From Basidiobolus meristosporus CBS 931.73 (taxonomy: Eukaryota > Fungi > Basidiobolomycota), in the NCBI GenBank assembly GCA_002104905.1, contig MCFE01000186.1, positions 62,001 to 126,000 of the forward strand: DNA of 64,000 nt. The letters run 5' to 3'. Of the stretch, positions 1 to 11,754 are shown piece after piece. Below the pieces are notes generated by a model. It made no database searches, had not been told where the DNA came from, and was given only the letters and a program-made list of their open reading frames with translations. Both the position numbers and the translations under genes were made by a program. Every line of letters starts with the position of its first letter. Position 1 is the stretch's first letter.

Positions 1-32
1 TCTTTATTTAGTTTTCACACCTGAGCATTTTT

Positions 33-757
33 CATGTTGTTGCTATGTCCTTGACTGATCTGCTAAGCCTTTCCAAGTGATTATCCATCTTAGCTCTATG
101 CAACCACTTAGCAATTGGCTAGACATCAGCTGATTAATGATGCAATTTCTTACTTATCTTATGCACCTATCAGCATCCCTACAGATGTTAATTAGTTCAG
201 TCTCTTGGTGCCTACTGTTACATTCAAGAGAAAAGTGTAATAAAACTTTTGAATGAGTTAACTGAACGTAAGTGACAACTAAGTGCTGAGTCTTAGAATT
301 GTCAAGGGTGACAGAAGTATTAGCAGAGAATTTCTGGTCTAATTTTGGTTTTGTATATAGTTGGGTTGGGCTATAATGACAACAGAGTTGATTTGCTATA
401 CAGGCAAGGCTTGGTGCTCTTGGGAATGCTAGATATGCTAAGCTTGGATGGAAGCTAGAACGGATTTGTTGAATACTTAATTTTGCTAAGGCACAATCTT
501 AATTTCACTGAAACATACACTAAACCAAATGGTTCAGTAATCTTTATTTATACTTTTCTGATAAAGTTAAATTAGTAAGTGCCAAGAGACTGGACTAATT
601 GAAATCTGTTGAGGTGTTGATAGCTGCATAAGATAAATGAAAAATTGCATCATTAACCAGCTGATGTTTTGGCAACTACTAAGTGGTTGGATAGATCTCA
701 GATGACCAACCCTTTGAAAATGCTTAGCAGATTGGTTGGGAACATGATGACATCATG
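33..757. mobile_element. MITE/foldback-like element with ~170-180 bp terminal inverted arms
   Basis: ~33-215 is the reverse complement of ~575-757 (e.g. catcagctgattaatgatgcaatt vs aattgcatcattaaccagctgatg; cagtctcttgg vs ccaagagactg). No ORF, TSD not seen. Confidence 0.65.
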
Positions 758-1523
758 CTCCATTGGATTGGTCCATAAGTTCATCAATCCAAGGCACAGG
801 GTACTTATTCTTCACCATCACTGAGTTAAGGGCTATGTATTCAATGCAAGTCCTAAGTGTTCCATCCTTTGTTTTTGCAAAAAGCATTGGTGCTCTCCCT
901 GGCAACTTGCAGGGTGTGATGTATTCTTACTGTAATGACTCATTTATTTGTCTCTTCATCTATTCCAACTTCAATGAACTTGTTTTCTAAGGTGGGTTGC
1001 TCACTTGAGGGCAATCTCATGTGTCCCTGAAACAATCAATGTCTCTGACTGGTTGTAGGGACACAAACTCACCTGGAAACACATCTGAATATTCCCCTAA
1101 GAGATACTGTACCTTATGCAGTACTGGAGTAGAGGAATCCTTCTGTAATACCATATTGAGGAACATCTGAGTACCCTTTCTTAGTGCACCACAGAACTGT
1201 GTCTTGCTAAGTTCACTTGTTTCACACATATTGGAATTGACCAAGTTGAAATCCTGTCTGGCAGGTGATAGCTCATAGGTGCTGTTATCCTTCTGAGTCT
1301 GAATAGCATGGGTTCTCCAGTTAATAGATGATTTACAACAGAATTACAATGTTATCCTAAGTACAAGGTTGGACTGGTGGTTCCTGAATATATGTGCCTG
1401 TAGGTCTTCTTCATTGTCATTGATCCTGATTCTTACTGGCTGAGTGATACAGTTGACTTGGTGAGAGTTCCCATTGGCTGTTGAGACCAAAGTTGATTTG
1501 GTAAGCTTTAGGTTGATTTCATC
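757..1523 (-). pseudogene. Old degenerate Ty3/Gypsy pol fragment (protease to start of RT); host of copy 1
   Basis: Clear but diverged DNA similarity to the PR/RT region of the younger copies (e.g. ORF 1017..1244 [23 protein letters not shown]). Continues at 5711-5869. Confidence 0.85.
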
Positions 1524-1893
1524 TGTTATGCTCTGCCGCTTGAATCTTTAAGTTAGATCAGTTTTTTTAGTCAAATCAATTAGTATATGTTTGGGTTATC
1601 AGTATATCATTATTATCTATGAAATCATTAGCATTAGTCAGCAAATAAATTCGCAGATCCTTATCAGACGGAAATAGATATATTAAGTAGGATCTTATTG
1701 GGTGATGATGATGCAATCAAATGAGTCATCAGCCACAACCTACATTAGGAAATACAATTAGACAGCAATTGATCTGGCAAAATGTATATAAGGAGCTGCT
1801 GGAACCTCAATAAAAATCAGTTCAGGTTTTAGTGAATACAATACCGGCTAAACTCCCTATTCCTGTACAACTCTTATACCAAGACTTGTAACA
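1524..1893 (+). repeat. 5' LTR of copy 1 (370 bp)
   Basis: Direct repeat of 5341-5710; TG..CA ends; TATATAA 1785-1791; AATAAA 1809-1814. Confidence 0.97.
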
Positions 1894-1894
1894 T

Positions 1895-1905
1895 TGGTAG
1901 CAGCA
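1895..1905 (+). promoter_or_regulatory. Primer binding site TGGTAGCAGCA (probably initiator tRNA-Met)
   Basis: TGG-starting motif 1 nt after the 5' LTR; also at 12720-12730 (-) and, as TGGTAGCAGTG, at 26094-26104 (-). Confidence 0.75.
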
Positions 1906-1950
1906 ATAACTAGAAACCTCCCTCCTAAAAAAGAAGAAACCACCCTCAAG

Positions 1951-4900
1951 ATGTTGGACAATCAAGAATGGAAGAATGCCATGCAGCAAATCCTGGCCCA
2001 ACAGCAACAGTTACTCCAGATCCTCAGCCAACAGCAACAAGGAATGACTACCATGGCTCGGAACCAGCAAAGCCCTATTAAGAGCAACTTTAGTATGAAG
2101 GTCAACCGGTACCATGGCAAAGTCAATGAAAACCTGGGAACTTGGCTCTTTCAGATTGAGGAAGCTTTTAAAGCTAAAGGAATTGCTCCAGAAAGCAAGT
2201 TGCATTATGCAACTTCTTACCTGACAGATGCAGCTTTACAGTGGTCCCACAGCAAGATCAGGTAGGCCACTATGATGGGAAGCTCTACAATCTCTACCTG
2301 GGACAAGTTTGTGTTGGAAATTCAGGATGCTTTTGAACCTCCACACCAGCAGACACTACTAAGAAGGAAGTTAAAGACACTCAGACAGAAAGGAATGGTG
2401 CAAGAATACATCTATGAGTACAGATGTCTACTTGGACAAATTGAAAGAATGGACCCATTGAATCAAGTTGAATACTTTATTGATGGGTTGAAAGAAAGAA
2501 CTTGCAAGGAAGTGAATTACCAAAGACCTCAGACTATTGAAGAAGCCATCAAGATTGCCATTGACTATGACTCAGCTATGTTTGGAGTTGGGAAGCCTAC
2601 AGTGACTAATCAGAAAAGCTACAATCATTATGAAAAAAGATAGTCAGAAGCAGTACCAATGGAAAAAGACGCTATGCAGAAGAATCCTACCTCAGAAGAA
2701 TGTAAGAAGAAAGGACTTTGCTTCAATTGCCACCAGCAAGGACATATTGCAAAGTACTGCCCTCAGAGAAGAAATGGACACCAGCCAACAAGAACCTTCA
2801 ACCATTTGAGTCCCATGAGCATAGTAACATGAAGGATAAACTTGAAGAAGACTCAGAACTCACCTTCCACATGACAGAAGAATACCTGTCCCAGATGACC
2901 TCAAACTCAGGAAAGCTATTATACTTGAATGGAGTAATCAATGGAGTACCTGCCAAGATCATGATTGACTCAGGAGCATCGCATGAGTACATGTTGAAGC
3001 AATTTGCCTTGAAAGCTGGAATCAACTTGGAACCTACCAAATCAACTTCAGTCTCCACAGCTGATGGGAACTCTCACATAATCAACCGTATTACTCAGCC
3101 AGTAAGAATGAAGATCAATGATGTTCCTCATGGCTATATTACAGGAGGATTCTGCTACCCCAGCACCCCAGCAGGTCCAGACTCTCTTGAAGAAATATTC
3201 AGACGTGTTTCCAGATGAGCTTGTAAGCTTACCACCAGTCAGAGATGTGGATCATGCCATTGACACAGGAGATAGCCCTCCAGTGAGCAAGACACCTTAC
3301 AGAATGAGTCCGTTGGAATTGGAGGAAATGAAGAAACAAATTGATCAGCTATTAGAGCAACAATACATCAGGCCCAGCAAGTCACCCTGGGGAGCACCAG
3401 TGCTGTTTGTGAAAAAGAAGGATGGAAAACTTAGGAAGTGCATTGACTACAGAGCCCTGAGCTCAGTTACCGTCAAGAATAAGTACCCCATACCTTGGAT
3501 TGATGAGCTTTTGGACCAACTTAATGGAGCCATTATTTTCAGCAAGATTAACCTCATGTCAGGATACAACCAGATTAGGGTGAAATCAAAAGATATCCCT
3601 AAGACAGCATTCAGGACCAGATGTGGACATTATGAGTACTTAGTCATGAGTTTTGGCCTCACTAATGCCCCTGCAACATTCATGACACTGATGCACACCG
3701 TCTTTCAGGAGTACTTAGACAAGTTTGTGATAATCTACCTGGATGACATATTGATATACAGCAAGACAGAAATGGATCATATGGTGCACATTGAAAAGGT
3801 CTTGAAGAAACTAAGAGAGAACAAGCTTTATGGCAAGCTAGCCAAGTGTGAATTCTTCAAGGAACACGTTGAATACCTGGGACACATAGTGATTAGCACA
3901 GGAGTGACCTTAGACCCTAAGAAGGTTGAAGTTATCAAGAATTTGAAGCAGCCCCATAGCATATCAGAGCTTAGATCATTCCTTGGAATGTTTTCATATT
4001 ATCAAAGATTTGTCAAGTCCTTTGCAAGTATTGCAGCCGCTTTAACTGATATCCTCAAGAAAGACAATACCTACAAGTGGGACATAGCTTGTGAGACTGC
4101 CTTCCAGACACTCATGAATGAACTTGCTAAGCTGCCAAGCTTAAGAATACCAGACTTCAGAAAAGAGTTCACTCTGTGCACAGATGCTTCAGATTATGCA
4201 ATTGGTGGAGTGCTGAGCCAAAACACAAGGGAAAGGACTACCCTGTAGCCTTTGAATCAAAGAAACTGAACTCAGCAGAACAAAACTCTCCAGTCCATGA
4301 GAAGGAGATGCTTGTAATAATACACTGTTTGAAGACAAGGAGATGCTATATTGAAGGAGTCAAATGCACTGTGAAGACTGATCATGCCTCCCTCAAGTAT
4401 ATATTTACTCAGAAGGTACTCTCTAGAAGAATGACAAGATGGAGTGAATACATTCAGCAATTTGACCTGGAGATTGTCTACAGCCCTGGAAAAAATAACA
4501 CAGTTGCTGACACCTTATCAAGATTGAACCAAGTTGCACAACTCAACTTGGTGCATGAATCAGATAGGCCTAGCATATTACCAAAGTACTTGGAGGACCA
4601 AGCCATTCCTAATGAGGTGGATGAAGATATTAAGAAGATAATCCGTGATGAAGCCAGCAAATTTGTTGAACAGGATGAAACACTCTACCTAATTGTTGAT
4701 GGAAGCCCTATTGCCTATTGTCCTTATGTTGCTTGCCTAGATTTAATACATAAGCTACACAATGGATATGGACATCTTGGGATTGAAGGAACCTATAGCC
4801 TAGTAAAAGCCAGAGCATGGTGGCCCAGAATGAAACAAGACATTGAGAAGCTAGTAAAAACATGCCCAAACTGCCAAATCAATCAAGGCCATGGATGTGA

Positions 4901-5330
4901 GCCAAGGATTCCAGGAGATCTCACACTACCAAAACTTACAGACACCTTAGAAGATGAACTCAGTCAGCCAAGTAGACACCAGCAACTGGAACAAAGATGT
5001 CAAGAGGCACAGACCAAAGCATCTCAAAGTGAAGAAAAGATAAAGCAGAGATTTGATAAGACTATAGCACCAGAAGCATTGACAGTTGGGAACTTTGTAT
5101 TGCTAAGAAACAACATTTGGAAGAAGTTTGAGCAACAAAGGACAGGACCATTCAAGATCATCAGAGAATGTCCATTTGCAACTTACCAACTGGTGGACAA
5201 ACATGGCAATATCTGGGAAGACTTAGTGCATAGGGACAGACTCAAGCTTGCAAGACTTGCTGATAATACTGAACCATCAAGATATTGGTATCACAAGAAA
5301 AGAGATTCAGGAGAACCCTCTCAACTTTAG
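1951..5330 (+). pseudogene. gag-pol of copy 1, broken by stops, frameshifts and two deletions
   Basis: Gag capsid-like region, CFNCHQQGHIAKYC knuckle (off-frame), IDSGA protease, [16 protein letters not shown] RNase H, HHCC and GPF integrase parts. Confidence 0.95.
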
Positions 5331-5340
5331 TAGGGGAGAA
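5331..5340 (+). promoter_or_regulatory. Polypurine tract TAGGGGAGAA
   Basis: Directly abuts the 3' LTR; same tract at 9807-9816 (-) and 21904-21913 (-). Confidence 0.9.
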
Positions 5341-5710
5341 TGTTATGATCTGCCGCTTGAATGTTTAAGTTAGATCAGTTTTTTTGGTTAAATCAATTAG
5401 TATATGTTTAGGTTATCAGTATATCAGTATTATCTTTGAAATCAGTAGCATTAGTCAGCAAATGAATCAGCAGATCCTTATCAGACAGAAATAGATATAT
5501 TAAGTAGGATCTTATTGAGTGATGATGATGCAATCAAATGAGTCATCAGCCACAGCCTATATTAGGAAGTACAATTAGTCAGCAATTGATCTGGCATAAC
5601 GTATATATGGAGCTGCTGGAACCTCAATAAAAATCAGCTCAAGTTTTAGTGAATACAATACTAGCTAAACTCCCTATTCCTTTACAACTCTCATACCAAG
5701 ACTTGTAACA
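5341..5710 (+). repeat. 3' LTR of copy 1
   Basis: Direct repeat of 1524-1893, preceded by the PPT. Confidence 0.97.
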
Positions 5711-5869
5711 CATCTTTCAAGGTAAATTGCTTTGATATTCAATCAAGCAATGCTTTAGAGTTAATCTTAATACTGGCAGGTATGGCATTGATTACTCCAT
5801 TGAAGTATAATGGCTTTCCTGTGATTGAGATAATTTGGGATAAGTATTATTCTGTCATATGGAAGGTGG
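5711..5869 (-). pseudogene. Continuation of the old Gypsy host (gag-protease junction)
   Basis: Joins 757-1523 without an indel when one CATC is removed; aligns to ~11595-11765. Confidence 0.85.
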
Positions 5870-8800
5870 GCTCAGTGACTCCATTAGTTCTGGGGTGATA
5901 TGCTGAGGTTTTCAAGTGTCTGATCTGCTGCATTTCCAGGTAAGCTTCTAATGTCTTTGCCATAAAGTTTGCACCTCTATTAGATAAGATCTCCACAGGG
6001 CATCCAAACTTCATCAGGATCTCATGGTAAATGAAACTTGCAACTTCTTGTTCACTGGCTATTGGTACAGCTTTAGCAACTGGCCATTTGGTGGCATGGT
6101 CAATTGCTACTAGGATCAAAACGGTTGCATTTCCTGGTAATTGGCAGTCTACCAATAAAGTCAATTTCCCATTTCTCAAATGGTCTTACAGGCTCCAGAG
6201 GGAAGAGTTTGGCAATTCTTTGTGGCTGGCCTTGATTGATTTGGCAGTTTGGACATGTTTTCACTAGCTTCTCAATATCTTGTTTTATTCTGGGCCACCA
6301 TGCTCTGGCTTTCACAAGGCTATAGGTTCCTTCAATCCCAAGATGTCCATATCCATTGTGTAGCTTATGTATTAAATCCAGGCAAGCAACATAAGGACAA
6401 TAGGCAATAGGGCTTCCATCAACAATTAGGTAGAGTGTTTCATCCTGTTCAACAATTTGCTGGCTTCATCACAGATTATCTTCTTAATATCTTCATCCAC
6501 CTCATTAGGAATGGCTTGGTCCTCCAAGTACTTTGGTAATATGCTAGGCCTATCTGATTCATGCACCAAGTTGAGTTGTGCAACTTGGTCCAATCTTGAT
6601 AAGGCATCAGCAACTGTGTTGTTTTTCCAGGGCAGTAGACAATCTCCAGGTCAAATTGCTGAATGTATTCACTCCATCTTGTCATTCTTCTAGAGAGTAC
6701 CTTCTGAGTAAATATATACTTGAGGGAGGCATGATCAGTCTTCACAGTGCATTTGACTCCTTCAATATAGCATCTCCTTGTCTTCAAACAGTGTATTATT
6801 ACAAGCATCTCCTTCTCATGGACTGGAGAGTTTTGTTCTGCTGAGTTCAGTTTCTTTGATTCAAAGGCTACAGGGTAGTCCTTTCCCTTGTGTTTTGGCT
6901 CAGCACTCCACCAATTGCATAATCTGAAGCATCTGTGCACAGAGTGAACTCTTTTCTGAAGTCTGGTATTCTTAAGCTTGGCAGCTTAGCAAGTTCATTC
7001 ATGAGTGTCTGGAAGGCAGTCTCACAAGCTATGTCCCACTTGTAGGTATTGTCTTTCTTGAGGATATCAGTTAAATGGGCTGCAATACTTGCAAATGACT
7101 TGACAAATCTCCAAAAATATGAAACCATTCCAAGGAAGGATCTGAGCTCTGATATGCTATGGGGCTGTTTCAGATTCTTGATTACTTCCACCTTCTTGGG
7201 GTCTAAGGTCACTCCTGTGCTAGTCACTATGTGTCCCAGATATTCAACGTGTTCCTTGAAGAATTCACACTTGGCTAGCTTGCCATAAAGCTTGTTCTCT
7301 CTTAGCTTCTTCAAGACCTTCTCAAGGTGCACCAAATGATCCTCTTCTGTCTTGCTGTATATCAATATGTCATCCAGGTAGATTATCACAAACTTGTCTA
7401 AGTACACCGGAAAGAAAGTCTGCATCAGCGTCATGAATGTTGCAGGAGCATTAGTGAGGCCAAAACTGATGATTAACTACTTGCAATGTCCATATCTGGT
7501 CCTAAATGCTGTCTTAGGGATGTATTCTGGCTTCACCCTAATCTGGTTGTCTCCTCACATGAGGTTAATCTTGCTGAAAATAGTGGCTCCATCAAGTTGG
7601 TCCAAAAGCTCCTCAATCCAAGGTATAGGGTACTTATTCTTGACGGTAACTGAGCTCAGGGCTCTGTAGTCAATGCACATCCTAAGTGCTCCATCCTTCT
7701 TTTTCACAAAAAGCACTGGTGCTCCCCAGGGTGACTTGCTGGGCCTGATGTATCCTTGCTCCAATAGCTGATCAATTTGTCTCTTCATTTCCTCCAATTT
7801 CAATGGACTCATTCTGTAAGGTGTCTTGCTCACTGGAGGGCTACCTCCTGTGTCAATGGCATGAACCACATCTCTGACTGGTGGTAAGCTTACAAGCTCA
7901 TCTGGAAACACGTCTGAATATTTCTTCAAGAGAGTCTGGACCTGCTAGGGTGCTGGGGTAGCAGAATTCTCCTGTAATACAGCCATGAGGAACATCTGGG
8001 TATCTTTTCTAAGCACTCTACAGAACTGGTTCTTGCTAAGTTCACTTGTGTCACACATACTGGAATTGACCAAGGTGAAATCCAGCCTGGCAGGTAATAG
8101 CTCATAGGTCTTGTTGTCCTTTTGGATCTGAGTTGCATGGGTTCTCCAGTTGATTGATGGATTACGACAAAATAGCCAGGTTTTCCCAAGTACAAGGACA
8201 AACTTGCAGTTCCCAAATATATAAGCCTGTAGGTCTTCTTCATAGTCATTGATCTTCATTCTTACTGGCTAGGTAATGCGGTTGATTATGTGAGAGTTCC
8301 CATCAGCTGTAGAGACTGAAGGTGATTTGGTAGGTTCCAGGTTGTTTCCAGCTTTCAAGGCAAATTGCTCTGACATGTACTCATGCAATGCTCCTGAGTC
8401 AATCATGATCTTGGCAGGTACTCAATTGACTACTCCATTCAAATACAATAACTTCCCTGAGTTGAGGTCATATGGGACAAGTACTCTTCTGTCATATGGA
8501 AGGTGAGTTCCGAGTGTTCTCCAAGCTTATCTTCCACATTACTGTGTTCATGGGACTCAATATGGTTGAAGGTTCTTGTTGGCTGGTGTTCATTTCTTCT
8601 CTGAGGGCAGTACTTTGCAATATGTCCTTGCTGGTGGCAATTGAAGCAAAGTCCTTTCTTCTTACATTCTTCTGAGGTAGGATTCTTCTGCATAGCGTCT
8701 ATTTCCATTGGTACTGCTTCTGATTGTCTTCTTTCATAATGATTGTAGCCTTTCCAATTAGTCACTGTAGGCTTCCCAACTCCAAACATAGCTGAGTCAT

Positions 8801-9438
8801 AGTCAATGGCAATCTTGATGGCTTCTTCAATAGACTGAGGTCTTTGGAAATTCACTTCCTTGCAAGTTCTTTCTTTCAACCAATCAATAAAGTATTCAAC
8901 TTGATCCAAGGGGTCCATTCTTTCAGTTTGTCCAAGTAGACATCTGTACTCATAGATGTGTTCTTGCACCATTCCTTTCTGTCTGAGTGTCTTTAACTTC
9001 CTTCTTAGTAGTGTCTGCTGGTGTGGAGGTTCAAAAGCATCCTGAATTTCCAACACAAACTCATCCCAGGTAGAGATTGTAGAGCATCCCATCATAGTGG
9101 CCTACCTGATCGTGCTGTGGGTCCACTGTAAAGCTGCATCTGTCAGGTAAGAAGCTGCATAATGCAACTTGCTTTCTGGAGCAATTCCTTTAGCTTTAAA
9201 AGCTTCTTCAATCTGAAAGAGCCAAGTTCCCAGGTTCTCATTGACTCTGCCATGGTACCAGTTGACCTTCACACTAAAGTTGTTCTTAACAGGGCTTTGC
9301 TGGTTCTGAGCCATGGTAGTCATTCCTTGTTGCTGTTGGCTGAGGATCTGGAGTAACTGTTGCTGTTGGGCCAGGATTTGCTGCATGGCATTCTTCCATT
9401 CTTGATTGTCTGACATCTTGAGGGTGGTTTCTTCTTTC
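5870..9438 (-). mobile_element. Ty3/Gypsy copy A internal region (3'-truncated in integrase, PBS deleted)
   Basis: gag ORFs 9102..9416 and 8439..9095, PR/RT/RNH pieces, IN core piece 5847..6179; abuts the LTR at 9439. Confidence 0.93.
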
Positions 9439-9806
9439 TGTTACAAGTCTTGGTATAAGAGTTGTAGAGGAATAGGGAGTTTAGCTAGTATTGTATTCAC
9501 TAAAACTTGAACTGATTTTTATTGAGGTTCCAGCAGCTTGTTATACACATTTTGCCAGATCAATTGCTGACTAATTGTATTTCCTAATGTAGGTTGTGGC
9601 TGATGACTCATTTGATTGCATCATCATCACCCAATAAGATCCTACTTAATATACATATTTCTGTCTGATAAGGATCTGCTGATTCATTTGCTGACTAATG
9701 TTACTGATTTCATAGATAATACTGATATACTGATAACCTCAATATATACTAATTGATATGACTAAAAACTATTCTAACTCAAACATTCAAGCAGCAGATC
9801 ATAACA
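9439..9806 (-). repeat. LTR between copies A and B
   Basis: Reverse complement of the family LTR; PPT of B on one side, gag of A on the other. Confidence 0.96.
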
Positions 9807-9816
9807 TTCTCCCCTA

Positions 9817-11754
9817 CTAAAGTTGAGAGGGTTCTCCTGAATCTCTTTTCTTGTGATACCAATATCTTGATGGTTCAGTATTATCAGCAAGTCTTGCAAG
9901 CTTGAGTCTGTCCCTATGCACTAAGTCTTCCCGGATATTGCCTTGTTTGTCCACCAGTTGGTAAGTTGCAAATGGACATTCTCTGTTGATCTTGAATGGT
10001 CCTGTCCATTGTGGCTCAAACTTCTTCCGAGTGTTGTTTCTTAGTAATACAAAGTTCCCAACTGTCAATGCTTCTGGTGCTTTAGTCTTATTGAATCTCT
10101 GCTTCATCTTTTCTGCGCTTTGAGATACTTTGGTCTGTGCCTCTTGACATCTTTGTTCCAGTTGCTGGTGTCTACTTGGCTGACTGAGTTCATCTTCTAA
10201 GGTGTCTGTAAGTTTTGGTTGTGTGAGATCTCCTGGAATCCTTGGCTCACATCCATGGCCTTGATTGATTTGGCAGTTTGGGCATGTTTTTACTAGCTTC
10301 TCAATGTCTTGTTTCATTCTGGGCCACCATGCTCTGGCTTTTACTAGGCTATAGGACTTGACAAATCTTTGATAATATGAAAACATTCCAAGGAATGATC
10401 TAAGCTCTGGTATGCTATGGGGCTGCTTCAAATTCTTGATTACTTCCACCTTCTTGGGGTCTAAGGTTACTCCTGTGCTAGTCACTATGTGTCCCAGAAA
10501 TTCTACGTGTTCCTTGAAGAATTCACACTTGACTAGCTTGCCATATAGCTTGTTCTCTCTTAGTTTCTTCAACACCTTTTCAATGTGTACCATGTGATCC
10601 TTTTCTGTCTTGCTGTATATCAATATGTCATCCAGGTAGATTATCACAAACTTGTCTAAGTACTCCTGAAAGACAGTCTGCATCAGCGTCATGAATGTTG
10701 CAGGGGCATTAGTGAGGCCAAAACTCATGACTAAGTACTTGTAATGTCCATATCTGGTCCTGAATGCTGTCTTAGGGATATCTTCTGGTTTCACCCTAAT
10801 CTGGTTGTATCCTGACATGAGGCCAAACTTGCTGAAAATAGTGGCTCCATTAAGTTGGTCCAAAAGCTCATCAATCCAAGGTATGGGGTACTTATTCTTG
10901 ACTGTAACTGAGTTCAGGGCTCTGTAGTCAATGCACATCCTAAGTGTTCCACCCTTCTTTTTCATAAAAAGCACTGGTGCTCCCCAGGGTGACTTGCTGG
11001 GCCTGATGTATCCTTGCTCCAATAGCTGATCAATTTGTCTCTTCATTTCCTCCAGTTCCAATGGACTCATTCTGTAAGGTGTCTTGCTCACTGGAGGGCT
11101 ATCTCCTGTGTCAATGGCATGATCCATGTCTCTGACTGGTGGTAGGCTTACAAGCTCATCTGGAAACACGTTGGAATATTTCTTCAAGATAGTCTGGACC
11201 TGCTGGGGTGCTGGGGTAGAAGAATCCTCCTGTAATACTGCCATGAGGAACATCTGGGTACCTTTTCTAAGTGCTCTACAGAACTGGGTCTTGACCAGTT
11301 CACTTGTCTCACACACACTGGAATTGACCAAGTTGAAATCCAGCCTGGCAGGTAATAGCTCATAGGTCTTGTTGTCTTTTTGGATCTGAGTTGCATGGGT
11401 TCTCCAGTTGATTGATGGATTACAACAAAATAGCCAGGTTTTTCCAAGTACAAGGTCAAACTTGTAGTTCCCAAAGATATAAGCCTGTAGGTCTTCTTGA
11501 TAGTCATTGATCTTCATTCTTACTGGCTGGGTAATACGGTTGATTATGTGGGAGTTCCCATCAGCTGTGGAGACTGAAGGTGATTTGGTAGGTTCCGAGT
11601 TGATTCCAGCTTTCAAAGCAAATTGCTCTGACATGTACTCATGCAATGCTCCTGAGTCAATCATGATCTTGGCAGGTACTCCATTGATTACTCCATTCAA
11701 GTACAATAACTTCCCTGAGTTTGAAGTCATTTGGGACAAGTACTCTTCTGTCAT
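9817..11754 (-). pseudogene. Deleted pol ORF of copy B (645 aa)
   Basis: Open PR-RT frame fused FVKS|YSLV and NQGH|GCEP; lacks RNase H and the IN core. Confidence 0.9.

Larger units (their letters stand above)
1524..5710 (+). mobile_element. Ty3/Gypsy LTR retrotransposon copy 1 (both LTRs, internally deleted, defective)
   Basis: TGTTA..TAACA LTRs at 1524-1893 and 5341-5710, PBS, PPT, gag/PR/RT/RNH/IN remnants, 4-bp TSD CATC (1520-1523, 5711-5714). Confidence 0.97.

Noticed and set aside
1794-1799. Tf1-type self-priming (PBS complementary to LTR GCTGCT)
   Set aside because: Only a 6-nt match; the TGG start and iMet-like sequence favour tRNA priming.
4885-4900. Internal deletions as spliced introns
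   Set aside because: The deleted segments lack GT-AG ends; junctions show 1-3 nt microhomology instead.
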